Positions 49,193 through 59,074 of a DNA stretch of 64,000 nt are shown here, in pieces. The notes under the pieces are model-generated. The model saw nothing but the letters and a program-made list of their open reading frames with translations. It ran no database searches and was not told the DNA's origin. The number at the start of each line of letters is the position of its first letter. The stretch's first letter is position 1. This stretch comes from Candidatus Uhrbacteria bacterium RIFCSPHIGHO2_02_FULL_46_47 (lineage in GTDB: Bacteria; Patescibacteriota; Patescibacteriia; GWA2-47-26), in assembly GCA_001790815.1 (NCBI GenBank), contig MGDU01000001.1, forward strand, positions 2,982 through 66,981, read 5' to 3'. The position numbers and the translations under genes were made by a program.

Positions 49193-49840
49193 TTATGCTT
49201 TTTCCAACACCACTACCTTCATTTCATCGGCCGGCAAATCTTTTCGCGTGACTTTGAACTTTGGCATCTGCTCTGATTTTGCGCCAACTATTTTTAAGAA
49301 TGGTTCTACTCCCTCGGCTTTCAATTTTAATCCTTCCACTTTGTACAGCATTGGCATTACCACTCGCGCCTCCAGCTCCGATGCTAATTCCGCCGCCTTT
49401 TTGGCGTCCAACGCAGTGCCTCCGCCAACCGGTACCATAAGCAGATCCACTCCTTCAATTGCCTGCAGTTCAGTTTCGCTTAGGACGCGGGTGAGACTCC
49501 CGGTGTGCAAAATTACTATTCCTTCGGCTTCAATCCAAAATACAAATTCCGGGGGGCTATTTTGATTGGAAAAGGGGATAGCATATACAAACACGCCTCT
49601 CACCTCATATTCGCCCGGGGTTTCAATAACAAAAGGCTTTTTACCCTCGCGCCCTTCAATCGGATATTTCACCTCCGGATCGCTTTTGAGCACAATATCT
49701 GCCGTAAGAGTTCGCGGCAATTTAAGTCCCACAACCGCGGGATCAAAAGGATCAGTGATAATCGTCACCTCTTCATTTTGCGATTTAATGTCAATTTTGA
49801 AACAGGATTGTCCAAGCCAAGTGATGATCATATTTTTCAT
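49193..49840 (-). CDS. MBL-fold metal-dependent hydrolase (UPF0173-like)
   Basis: ITWLGQSCFKIDI N-terminus typical of UPF0173. Confidence 0.55.
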   Translation of the reverse strand: MKNMIITWLGQSCFKIDIKSQNEEVTIITDPFDPAVVGLKLPRTLTADIVLKSDPEVKYPIEGREGKKPFVIETPGEYEVRGVFVYAIPFSNQNSPPEFVFWIEAEGIVILHTGSLTRVLSETELQAIEGVDLLMVPVGGGTALDAKKAAELASELEARVVMPMLYKVEGLKLKAEGVEPFLKIVGAKSEQMPKFKVTRKDLPADEMKVVVLEKA

Positions 49841-49924
49841 GTATCATGAAGCATAAAACATGTAACAATAATATCATAAATAAAGACGGGGCACAAGGCC
49901 CCGTCTTTGGTAGGTTCTGTATGT

Positions 49925-51103
49925 TTATTTCACTTCCGGCCGGTAGATTTCAAGCTCTTTAAGCTCGCCATTTTCTACTTTCTTTACGCTATAAGGCAGT
50001 CCGACCGGATCGCCATTTTTATCAAAGGTGAGCGAGCCCAGCGCATGTTTCCACTCTTTGAGTTCATAAAGATAATCGCGCAATTTTTCCGTATCAAGCC
50101 CCACCTTTTCAATGGCATCTTTGATAAGATAAAACTGGCTGTACATGTTTGCCATAAACGAAGGAAACGGCGCGTCCTCATTATATTTCTGTTTATAGGT
50201 GGTGAGCATTTTTGCCGCCAGATCTCCTTTTTCATCAAACCAATTTTCAATGCCAACTACACCCTCCATTTCTTTTTTGTTTTCTGCAACGATGTTGCGG
50301 CCGATCAGCACCTCCGCAGTAAGCCGCGACGCAGAAACGCCGTTTGCGGCAAGCTGTTTTAAGATAAGGATGCCCGGAGAAGAAGTTTGCGGCAAAATAT
50401 ATACTACATCTGGATTTGCGGACTTTATCTTTAGAATTTGGGTACGAAAATCTGTATCGCCACTATTGTAAGTTTCATCTGCTACCACCTCACCGCCACT
50501 CGCCTTGAATTTTTCAGTAAATACACGGCGTAATCCTTGAGCGTAATCTTTGGTTTCAGAGATGACCGCGGCTTTGCGTGCCCCCACTTTACTCATAGCG
50601 TACTGCGCCGCTACATCTCCCGCGGTGGCATCAGATGGGGCGGTGCGGAAGATAAAATCTCCTGCGCCGGTGATGTCCGGGCTCGTGGCTGAGGGTGAGA
50701 CGATCAGCACTTTTGCCGTTTCAGCAAGCGGCGCCATTGCTAGAGTTTCAGATGAGCATACCCCGCCAAATATCATTTTTGTATCATCAATATTAATGAG
50801 TTTTTGCGCGGCTACGCTTGCCTCTTTGGCGTCACATTTGCCATCTTCCCAAACTACCTCAAACGGCCGGCCATTTACTCCTCCGGCAGCATTGATTTCC
50901 TCAACCGCGAGCAATCCGGCGCGCTGAATTGGCAAACCATACGCGGCGCTGTCCCCGGTAAGAGGTACAACCGCTCCAATTTTTATTGGTCCAGTCTCTG
51001 AAGCGGAAGGTTTTTGTACTGAAGGCGTGCGCGCAAGCGCTACAATCACAATAATTATGGCAAGGACTACTAGTCCCCAAAATAATTTAACTCCTTTGGC
51101 CAT
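49925..51103 (-). CDS. ABC transporter substrate-binding protein, branched-chain amino acid (LivJ-like, type I PBP)
   Basis: Signal/TM anchor then IKIGAVVPLTGDSAAYGLPIQRAGLLAVEEINAAGGVNGRP. Confidence 0.65.
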   Translation of the reverse strand: MAKGVKLFWGLVVLAIIIVIVALARTPSVQKPSASETGPIKIGAVVPLTGDSAAYGLPIQRAGLLAVEEINAAGGVNGRPFEVVWEDGKCDAKEASVAAQKLINIDDTKMIFGGVCSSETLAMAPLAETAKVLIVSPSATSPDITGAGDFIFRTAPSDATAGDVAAQYAMSKVGARKAAVISETKDYAQGLRRVFTEKFKASGGEVVADETYNSGDTDFRTQILKIKSANPDVVYILPQTSSPGILILKQLAANGVSASRLTAEVLIGRNIVAENKKEMEGVVGIENWFDEKGDLAAKMLTTYKQKYNEDAPFPSFMANMYSQFYLIKDAIEKVGLDTEKLRDYLYELKEWKHALGSLTFDKNGDPVGLPYSVKKVENGELKELEIYRPEVK

Positions 51104-51521
51104 ATGTTTTTAACATAATGAGTATTAATCCTGCAAAGATTAGTATATCAGCGATATTGATTGTGGCAAGACCCATGATATGCACATAGTCAATCACACC
51201 GCCGTATGCGAAACGGTCAAAGACATTGGAGGCGCCGCCGAGGAGAACAGGGACTAAGAAGGGCAAGGACTTAGCATGTAGCATGTAGTAAGTAGTAATA
51301 ACAACAAGAATCACAAGGGCAAGATAGGGAATGAATCTCCAAGCCGGGAAAAAGAAAAGCGCTGGATTAAGGTAATAGCCAAGATCCAGTCTCGGCACAA
51401 ACGCAAACACCTTCCCCAGCGGAAGGTGCGAAACAACAAACTTGAGGATGCGATCCAAGATGAACCCGATTATTGCAAGCGCAATGATCAGCTGGTGAGC
51501 TGTTTTTTGCAGTTGATACAT
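51087..51521 (-). CDS. lspA: lipoprotein signal peptidase II
   Basis: GGASNVFDRFAYGGVIDY and 4 TM helices; carries a heptamer-repeat-encoded YYMLHA segment. Confidence 0.7.
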   Translation of the reverse strand: MYQLQKTAHQLIIALAIIGFILDRILKFVVSHLPLGKVFAFVPRLDLGYYLNPALFFFPAWRFIPYLALVILVVITTYYMLHAKSLPFLVPVLLGGASNVFDRFAYGGVIDYVHIMGLATINIADILIFAGLILIMLKTYGQRS

Positions 51522-51853
51522 GAGGAGGAAGTCGGACGAGCTAAAAGTCGCCGTTCATCAATTGGATTTTTACAGTATTTGCAAATGCCGTAGGTTCCCT
51601 TTTTCATTGCTTCCAGCGCGTTTTTTACATCGCGTAGTGCTGACTCAAGCGTTCGCTCCAGAGTTAAGTTGTCGCTATATTGAGCAACCTCGGTAGCATT
51701 GTCTTCTTCTTTTTCTCCAAATTGTGGAAAAACCGCATTGTAATCATCCGGATTATGAATGTTTTTGGCGGAAAACTGAGCAAGCTGTGTTTCCAGTTTC
51801 TCTTTTTCTGTAATAAGTTGTGATTCAATTTTTTTAAGCGTAGTGGTGTCCAT
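51488..51853 (-). CDS. DksA/TraR-family C4 zinc-finger protein
   Basis: C-terminal CKYC...CINC; coiled-coil N-terminus; start moved to internal Met. Confidence 0.5.
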   Translation of the reverse strand: MDTTTLKKIESQLITEKEKLETQLAQFSAKNIHNPDDYNAVFPQFGEKEEDNATEVAQYSDNLTLERTLESALRDVKNALEAMKKGTYGICKYCKNPIDERRLLARPTSSSCINCKKQLTS

Positions 51854-51949
51854 ATAGATAGGGTAGGTGGAGATAACCATACTAGATAAAGGTAACATGG
51901 AGTATATCAATAGTGACATTTTGTGTCAATCCCTTTTAGAATGAAACAG

Positions 51950-52225
51950 GGCGCCGTTAGGCGCCCCGGTTTGTTTCCCTGTAAAGTGGAAAGTCAAAGT
52001 ATTCCGAGACCTAACAACGCCCAAACCCTTAAGTGTTCTTCGCACTCACACTGATGAGTGTAAGTTTGAAGATTTCGCACTTTTAGGGTGAAAGGACTGT
52101 GCCTTTCTACCTTTCTTGGGTGATACTCGCAACCGCGAGATCTCCCAATTAGCACTTTTGTTTTTGTAGTCCCGCAATGCGGGATTAGGAAGAAGAGTAG
52201 AAAGGAGGAGGTTGTTAAAGACCAA
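51950..52225 (-). ncRNA. candidate small RNA (~275 nt) bracketed by a consensus promoter and an intrinsic terminator
   Basis: Minus strand TTGACA-17nt-TATTAT at 52268-52235; GGGGCGCC-UAAC-GGCGCCC hairpin plus U-run at 51975-51948; no plausible ORF. Confidence 0.3.
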
Positions 52226-52378
52226 CTTCCACTCTTTATAATATCAGATTATCAACAAATTGTCAACAATTTGCCTTAAATAAGCCAAAATTTAGCAGTT
52301 TGAGAGCTATTTTAAGTACTCTGGACAAATTTTGTGTACAAGGACTTATCCCCAGATACAACAACTTATCCACATATG

Positions 52379-54661
52379 TTAGTGATCTCGGCGACTGCGT
52401 CCGCCAAAGCCAAAGCCTCGGTGTGGCGGCCGGCCGCCGCGTCCGCTTGAAAATCCGCCACGGTCTCCGCCGCCTTCACCATATCCCGGAGGCGGAGTTT
52501 CCGCGCCCGGATCAATCAATGCTTTGCGCGACAAATTAATCCGTCCCATTTCGTCAATTTCATTTACTTTGACTTTTACAGTATCGCCGATGTTAAGAAC
52601 GTCCGTAACTTTGTTTACGCGGTAGTGCGCCAATTCCGAAATATGCACCAATCCTTCTTGTTTGGGCAGAACTTCCACAAACGCGCCAAAATCCATAATG
52701 CGCGTTACTTTGCCTTCAAATATTTCACCGGCTTTTACTTCGCGGGTCAAGTTTTTAATCCAGGTTACGGCTTTATCCGAAGCTTCGGGAGAAGTGGAAG
52801 TAATCATCACTAATCCGTCATCTTCAATGTCAATAGTTACGCCGGTTGCGTCAATAATTTCGTTAATCATTTTTCCACCCGGACCAATCACATCGCGGAT
52901 CCGGTCTACCGGAATACGGAATGAGATAATACGCGGCGCCCACTTACTAAGCTCAGCTCGCGGAGTGGCAATGACCGCGTCCATCGCGTCCAAAATTTTC
53001 ATGCGCGCCTCTTTTGCCTGTGCAAATGTCTCGCGCACCACCTTTTGGGTAAGTCCTTTGGTTTTTGTATCAAGCTGAATTGCAGTCACGCCATCGCGCG
53101 TGCCAGCTACTTTGAAATCCATCCCGCCTTTGCCATCTTCCAAATCTTGCAGGTCAGTAATAATTTTGTATTGACCATCCTCTGTTGAAGCTAAACCCAT
53201 AGCAATGCCGGCCACTTGTTTTTTAATCGGCACGCCGGCATCCATAAGCGCGAGGGAAGAGGCACAGGTTGAGCCCATTGATGAAGATCCGTTTGAAGCC
53301 AGCACCTCAGAAACCACCCGAATTGTATAAGGAAAAGTCTCTTTATCTGTTGGCAACATTGGCCAAAGCGCGCGCTCGGCAAGCGCGCCATGTCCAACCT
53401 CGCGACGGCCTGGACCAAACATGCGTCCAGTTTCACCAACCGAGTAGGGGGGGAAATTGTAATGATGGAAAAAACGGCGCTTGCCTGAAACATCCATGCC
53501 CTCCAGGGTTTGCTCAAGTCCTGGGGCGCCAAGGGTAACGGTTGAAAGCACTTGAGTATCGCCGCGGGAAAATAGCGCTGAACCATGGGTGCGCGGCGGA
53601 ACAGCCACCTCCACTTTAAGCGGTCGGACATCAGTAAGTCCTCGGCCGTCTACGCGCTTTCCTTCCCTAAGTATTGCCTGCGTGACTAATTTTTCAACGC
53701 CATCTTCTACTGAGGACAGACCGGTTTTGCGCGCGTCTTTTGACAAGTCAAGGGCGGCAAGATGTTCTTCAATGAGGAGATAGAGTTGATCTTTGACCGC
53801 GCGTCGCTCAATTTTGCTGGCATGGGGCTCAGCAAATAGCATATCGCGCTTTGACTCCAGAAATTTCTGTGTTTCTTCAACTGCGCGGCGATTTTCTTCT
53901 TTGAGTTTTATAGCTTCATCAGTGGCCGGTATAATTTCCGGGGAGCGTTTTGGCTTTCCGGCTTTTGCGCGTACTTCTTCAATAAGCGTAATAATTTTGC
54001 GCAAGTGTTTTTGTCCAAATTCTATGCCTTCGGCAATAAGCTCTTCAGACATCTCGTCTGATCCGGCTTCCAGCATGAGCACTTTTTGATCCGTACCAGA
54101 AACCACTAAATCAAGTTTGGATTTTCCACGCGCTTCAAAGGTCGGGTTTAAAACCCATTCCCCGCCTTTGCCGCCGGTTGCCTCTGCGGATGGAATGAAT
54201 CCTACGCGCGCGCCCGCAATCGGGCCATCCCATGGAATGTCTGATAACATAATCGCGCACGAGGCCGCGATAAGTGCAGGGATGTCAGAATCGTTTTCTC
54301 CGTCAACTGAAAATACTGTGAGAATCACTTGAATGTCACGGCGAATAGTAGCCGGAAAAAGAGGCCGAATTGAGCGATCAATAAGCCTACCGGTAAGTAT
54401 TGCTTCATCAGAGGGACGACCTTCACGTTTAATAAAGCGCGAGCTCTTTATTTTACCGGCGGCGTAAAGTTTTTCTTCGTATTCAACTGAGAGCGGTAAA
54501 AAATCCACCTCGCGGGGATGGTGCGACATTACCGCGGTGGCGAGCACGAGAGTATCTCCGTATTGAACCGTGCATGATCCATTTGCTTGATGCGCGAGTT
54601 TTCCGGTTTCAATGATTAAATTTTTTCCTCCCCAATTTGTTTCAAAACGTTCAATTGACAT
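52379..54661 (-). CDS. pnp: polynucleotide phosphorylase with Gly/Arg-rich C-terminal tail
   Basis: Two RNase PH domains, KH and S1 domains; 760 aa. Confidence 0.9.
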   Translation of the reverse strand: MSIERFETNWGGKNLIIETGKLAHQANGSCTVQYGDTLVLATAVMSHHPREVDFLPLSVEYEEKLYAAGKIKSSRFIKREGRPSDEAILTGRLIDRSIRPLFPATIRRDIQVILTVFSVDGENDSDIPALIAASCAIMLSDIPWDGPIAGARVGFIPSAEATGGKGGEWVLNPTFEARGKSKLDLVVSGTDQKVLMLEAGSDEMSEELIAEGIEFGQKHLRKIITLIEEVRAKAGKPKRSPEIIPATDEAIKLKEENRRAVEETQKFLESKRDMLFAEPHASKIERRAVKDQLYLLIEEHLAALDLSKDARKTGLSSVEDGVEKLVTQAILREGKRVDGRGLTDVRPLKVEVAVPPRTHGSALFSRGDTQVLSTVTLGAPGLEQTLEGMDVSGKRRFFHHYNFPPYSVGETGRMFGPGRREVGHGALAERALWPMLPTDKETFPYTIRVVSEVLASNGSSSMGSTCASSLALMDAGVPIKKQVAGIAMGLASTEDGQYKIITDLQDLEDGKGGMDFKVAGTRDGVTAIQLDTKTKGLTQKVVRETFAQAKEARMKILDAMDAVIATPRAELSKWAPRIISFRIPVDRIRDVIGPGGKMINEIIDATGVTIDIEDDGLVMITSTSPEASDKAVTWIKNLTREVKAGEIFEGKVTRIMDFGAFVEVLPKQEGLVHISELAHYRVNKVTDVLNIGDTVKVKVNEIDEMGRINLSRKALIDPGAETPPPGYGEGGGDRGGFSSGRGGRPPHRGFGFGGRSRRDH

Positions 54662-54664
54662 AGA

Positions 54665-55348
54665 TTATTCAGACCACGGTGTAATAATTGGATAAATGCT
54701 TGACTGCGATTCTTCAGTTTCCTCACTTTTGCGTCCTCCCCGCACCCGACGAAGCCCGCGTCCAAATCCACGCGATGCTGTTTGTTTTTCACTTTGTGCT
54801 CGCTTATCGCGTTCATGATCTCCACTGCCACCGCCTCTGCCAATCTCTCCGGTCTTCATCAAATATCGCTTTGGATCAGAAGAAAGATCTGTATAGCCAT
54901 CCACAATTTCAAGAAGCTTGGAAGAAGTAGTTTCTCTAAAACTCATAACTTCTACAAGGCAGCCCTTCACACCCTTCAGATATTCAAGCAATGGATAAAA
55001 ATCGCCATCACCAGAAGCAATAACAATCGCGTCAACTTTATCCGCGAGTTTAATCGCATCTACCGCAATGCCCACATCCCAGTCGGCTTTTTTCATGCCT
55101 CCGTATATTTGCAGTTCTTTTTCTTTAGTTTCAATGCCCGCGCCTTTAAGGGCTTCAAAAAATGGCCGCTCTTCGCCGGTTTTTGTGGCCACTACATAGG
55201 CAATCGCGCGGGTAAGCTTGCGTCCGGATACCGCGTCTTCAACAATATTTTTAAAATTGACTCGCGCTCCAAAGAGATTGCGCGCCGAATAATACATATT
55301 TTGTGTGTCAATAAAAATCGCGACACGCTGTTCTGGATGTTTAATCAT
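54665..55348 (-). CDS. NYN-domain (LabA-like) protein, second paralog
   Basis: [12 protein letters not shown] and IASGDGDF motifs; Gly/Arg-rich tail. Confidence 0.55.
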   Translation of the reverse strand: MIKHPEQRVAIFIDTQNMYYSARNLFGARVNFKNIVEDAVSGRKLTRAIAYVVATKTGEERPFFEALKGAGIETKEKELQIYGGMKKADWDVGIAVDAIKLADKVDAIVIASGDGDFYPLLEYLKGVKGCLVEVMSFRETTSSKLLEIVDGYTDLSSDPKRYLMKTGEIGRGGGSGDHERDKRAQSEKQTASRGFGRGLRRVRGGRKSEETEESQSSIYPIITPWSE

Positions 55349-55605
55349 AATTTAAGTTTTTTCTTCAATGCCGCCACGCGATCTTTGCTTTCAATGTCCA
55401 AATATTTTAAAAGCCGTCTCCGTTCAGAGACTTTCCGCAAAAGACCGCGGCGGGATGAAAAATCTTTTTTGTGCTGGTTGAGGTGCTCTTGCAAATCCTC
55501 AATTTCCGCACTTAAAAGCGCAATTTGCACTTCTGGCGATCCTGTATCTCCCTCATGAGTCGCGTATTTTTTAATTAAAGATTCCTTCTTTTTCTTATCC
55601 AACAT
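55345..55605 (-). CDS. rpsO: 30S ribosomal protein S15
   Basis: [26 protein letters not shown]... matches S15 throughout. Confidence 0.85.
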   Translation of the reverse strand: MLDKKKKESLIKKYATHEGDTGSPEVQIALLSAEIEDLQEHLNQHKKDFSSRRGLLRKVSERRRLLKYLDIESKDRVAALKKKLKL

Positions 55606-55765
55606 ATTTTATCTGTGGCCACGTTGTTCCAAGTGAATCGTCGTTGGGTACGATAAACCGAGAACAACGCCAAACCAGGTAAATTTAAGATTAAATGAGT
55701 ATATCACAACATCAATATTGTGGCAAGAGCGCCATACTGTTATACTAGAATGTGCGACACAAAGT

Positions 55766-56800
55766 ATGACACTTGATACATTAGTGCGACAATTTTTGGA
55801 ATATATTGAGGTGGAACGAGGACGGAGCAAAAGGACGATTGAAAATTACCAGTTTTATCTAGGGCGGTTTTTGATGTGGTCTGCGGATCATGGGGTAAAG
55901 AGTCCGGCTGGCATAACGCAAGATACAGTGCGCGAGTATCGGCTGTGGCTGAATCGCTACAGGGCTAAGCCCTTAAAGCATACAGGGCTTAGCCCTGACG
56001 AGGGACTTAAAAAAAATACTCAAAACTATCATCTTATTGCATTGCGCGCGTTTTTAAAATATCTTTCCAAGCGCGATATCAAAACCCTTGTGCCGGAAAA
56101 AATTGAATTGGGCAAAATGCCTACGCGGCAAGTGGATTTTCTTGAGGCAGAAGATTTGGAACGGATGCTTAAGGCGCCGCTTATCCCCTCACCTGACCTG
56201 CGGTCTTCCTCTCCCGAGGGGGTCGAAGACGGGCCGAGCGGGCGTAGGCCCCGGGGAGGGCAGGGAGAGGGCAGTATTGTGCAACTTCGCGACAAGGCAA
56301 TTTTGGAAATGTTGTTTTCAACAGGCCTGCGCGTGTCCGAGCTTGCTGGACTCAAACGTACGGATGTGAATCCAAAAAAAGAAGAGTTTACCGTGCGCGG
56401 TAAAGGAAGCAAATTACGCGTGGTCTTTATGTCGCCGGGAGCGCGGGAGTGGCTTAAAAAATATTTGGACGCGCGCGGTGATATGGCGCCATATTTGTTT
56501 GTCCGCCATGATAAAGCCCGTCTCAAAAGCGGAGAAGGCGGCGCGCTTACGCCGCGTTCAATACAAAGAATTGTGGAGAAGTATGCCAAAGCCGCGGGAA
56601 TTACCAAACGCATTTCCCCGCACACCCTCCGACACACATTCGCTACTGACCTTTTGCGCAATGGCGCCGATATTCGCAGTGTGCAAGCTTTGCTTGGCCA
56701 TTCCTCCATTACCACCACCCAAATCTACACTCATGTTACCGACACCCAGCTTCGCGAGGTGCACAAGGCATTTCATGCACGGCAAAGAGCAGAGGATTGA
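55766..56800 (+). CDS. tyrosine recombinase XerC/XerD family, carrying an in-frame repeat insertion
   Basis: HTLRHTFATDLLRNGADIRSVQALLGHSSITTTQIYTHV catalytic region; insertion at 56188-56285. Confidence 0.8.
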   Translation: MTLDTLVRQFLEYIEVERGRSKRTIENYQFYLGRFLMWSADHGVKSPAGITQDTVREYRLWLNRYRAKPLKHTGLSPDEGLKKNTQNYHLIALRAFLKYLSKRDIKTLVPEKIELGKMPTRQVDFLEAEDLERMLKAPLIPSPDLRSSSPEGVEDGPSGRRPRGGQGEGSIVQLRDKAILEMLFSTGLRVSELAGLKRTDVNPKKEEFTVRGKGSKLRVVFMSPGAREWLKKYLDARGDMAPYLFVRHDKARLKSGEGGALTPRSIQRIVEKYAKAAGITKRISPHTLRHTFATDLLRNGADIRSVQALLGHSSITTTQIYTHVTDTQLREVHKAFHARQRAED

Positions 56801-56939
56801 CTTTTGTAAAAATTTATGATAGTTTATAGTCAACTTCGCCCCTGTAGCCCCGAAGCACTTTATGGTCGGGGAGCCGACCTCCGACGCGGTGGTCGGAGCA
56901 TGTGGAGCGTCGGCTTTCAATGGACCCCGCACCTTCTGC

Positions 56940-57012
56940 GCCCCCATAGCTCAATGGATAGAGCAGTGCTCTTCTAAGGCATTGATGTACGTTCGACTCG
57001 TGCTGGGGGCAG
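56940..57012 (+). tRNA. tRNA-Arg (anticodon TCT)
   Basis: GCCCCCA/UGGGGGC acceptor, U8, anticodon loop CUUCUAA; embedded in a 14-bp inverted repeat (ccccgcaccttctg ... cagagaaggtgcgggg). Confidence 0.65.
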
Positions 57013-57053
57013 AGAAGGTGCGGGGCAGATAGAACTGTGAATTTCTCAATAGT

Positions 57054-57129
57054 GGGGTGCCTATGGTGTAATGGCAGCACAGAGCCCTGTGGAGGCTTTA
57101 GTTCGGGTTCGAATCCCGATAGGCACCCC
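57054..57129 (+). tRNA. tRNA-His (anticodon GTG) with encoded G-1
   Basis: Extra 5' G pairing with C73; anticodon loop CUGUGGA; T arm GGGUUCGAAUCCC. Confidence 0.7.
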
Positions 57130-57182
57130 ATTGTTGAGAAAGAAACGAGGCCAAAAGGCCTCGTTTTCTGTTTTCCCGCAAT

Positions 57183-58277
57183 ATGTTATACTGTATGACT
57201 ATGCACATGTTAGACAACCCGGAACATTTTAAAAAATACGATAAGCATAAAGTGCTGGAGTCAATTATCGCGCTTCCCAAGCAGTGTCAGCAGGCCTGGG
57301 CAGAGACAACTCAGATAAAATTCCCAGCATCTTACCACAAGGTGAAAAATGTTGTAATTGCCGGCATGGGAGGGTCAACGCTGGGCGGCTACATGATCAA
57401 AAGTATTTACGAGAAAGAATTGCGCGTGCCGATGGAAGTGGTTAATCATTACAATCTGCCGGAATACGTCAATCGTGATACTTTGGTTATTGTCGCTAGT
57501 TATTCCGGCGGCACCGAAGAAACTTTGGCGGCGGCTCAAGAGGCAAAAAAACGAGGTGGGAAAATAATGGGAATTACTACAGGTGGAACGCTTGGCAAGT
57601 GGCTTGCGGCACATAAAGTGCCGCGCTACGTTTTTGTGCCTACACACAATCCTTCAGGCCAGCCACGGCTGGGTACGGGGTATACGATGATCGGAATGCT
57701 GGCGATGCTGTGTTCAGCAGGTGTTTTTGGTAGCCGCCGGTCTTTAGCCGGCGATATTGCGCGCAGCCTAAAGAGCTGCGACTACAATCGGTTGTTTGGT
57801 TCATTCGCACCTACAACAAAAAACCCTGCAAAACAAATGGCGGAAAAATTAAAAAATCGCGGGGTTTTGATTTTTGCCTCGCAGCATTTGATTGGAAATG
57901 CGCATACCATGGCCAACCAGATCAATGAGAGCGCAAAACAATTTGCCGTGTCATTCCCGCTTCCGGAGGCGAACCATCATTTAATGGAAGGGTTGACTTT
58001 TCCTAAAACCAATTCGCGAAATCTGGCCGGGCTTTTTCTGGAATCCAATCTTTATCATCCGCGCGTGGCCAAACGCTATCCAATTTCCCGTGAGGTACTG
58101 CAAAAACAGCACATCCCCGCCTATGCATGGGCGCCACGCGGGAACAACCGCTTATTACAGGCATTAGAAGCTCTTTCCTTTGGCAGTTTTCTCTCTTTTT
58201 ATCTAGCGATGCAAAATAATCTTGATCCATCTCAGATTCCGTGGGTGGATTATTTTAAAAGAAAGCTTGGGGCATGA
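57183..58277 (+). CDS. bifunctional phosphoglucose/phosphomannose isomerase (SIS domain)
   Basis: Family-typical N-terminus and SIS motifs (IAGMGGSTLGG). Confidence 0.6.
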   Translation: MLYCMTMHMLDNPEHFKKYDKHKVLESIIALPKQCQQAWAETTQIKFPASYHKVKNVVIAGMGGSTLGGYMIKSIYEKELRVPMEVVNHYNLPEYVNRDTLVIVASYSGGTEETLAAAQEAKKRGGKIMGITTGGTLGKWLAAHKVPRYVFVPTHNPSGQPRLGTGYTMIGMLAMLCSAGVFGSRRSLAGDIARSLKSCDYNRLFGSFAPTTKNPAKQMAEKLKNRGVLIFASQHLIGNAHTMANQINESAKQFAVSFPLPEANHHLMEGLTFPKTNSRNLAGLFLESNLYHPRVAKRYPISREVLQKQHIPAYAWAPRGNNRLLQALEALSFGSFLSFYLAMQNNLDPSQIPWVDYFKRKLGA

Positions 58278-58972
58278 AGGTCGCTGTTATTATTCCTACT
58301 TACAACGAGCGAGCAAATATCAAAAAGCTCGTGAAGCAAATTTTTGCGCTGAATATTTCCGAATTGGAAGTAATTGTAGTTGATGATTCTTCAAATGACG
58401 GCACGCTTGAGGTGGTGCGCGCTCTGCGCAAGCGTTTTCCGGTTACGCTTATTTTGCGTCCTAAAAAACTCGGCCTGGGCAGTGCTTTGCGCGACGGACT
58501 AACTTTGGCCGTGCAACATGGTGCGACAGTGACCATTACCATGGATGCGGATTTTTCGCATGATCCGCAATTGCTTCCAAAAATGATTTCCGAAATTGTG
58601 CAGGGCAAGGATTTGGTAATCGGTTCCCGTAGAATTTCTGGGGGAGAGATTATCGGCTGGGGGCCATGGCGGACATTTATGAGCCGGGCGGCAATGGAGT
58701 TTTCCCGGCGCGTACTTGATATTTCGGCGCGCGATGTAACCTCTGGTTTTCGCGCGTATCGCCGGCGAGTGCTGGAAATAATTGATCTTTCACGCATATC
58801 AAGCACTGGGTATGCGTTTCAGGAAGAAATGCTGTACAAAGCCCAGCGCGCGGGATTTAAAATTGCGGAAATTCCCATTGTGTTTAATGATCGCCGGCAC
58901 GGAAAATCAAAATTGGGAATAAGAGATATTGCGGAATTCTTCGTGACAGTGGTACGATTAAAGTTATCTTAA
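58274..58972 (+). CDS. GT2 glycosyltransferase, polyprenol-phosphate mannose/glucose synthase (Dpm1-like)
   Basis: VIIPTYNERANI...VVDDSSNDGT...DADFSHDP motifs; C-terminal TM. Confidence 0.75.
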   Translation: MKVAVIIPTYNERANIKKLVKQIFALNISELEVIVVDDSSNDGTLEVVRALRKRFPVTLILRPKKLGLGSALRDGLTLAVQHGATVTITMDADFSHDPQLLPKMISEIVQGKDLVIGSRRISGGEIIGWGPWRTFMSRAAMEFSRRVLDISARDVTSGFRAYRRRVLEIIDLSRISSTGYAFQEEMLYKAQRAGFKIAEIPIVFNDRRHGKSKLGIRDIAEFFVTVVRLKLS

Positions 58973-59074
58973 ATGACGAGTGACGAAATCCGAATGACGA
59001 ATCAATGCCTAAATTATTGAATGCATTAAAACATTAGGGCTTCATTCGTCATTAGTCATTCGGGCTTCGGATTT

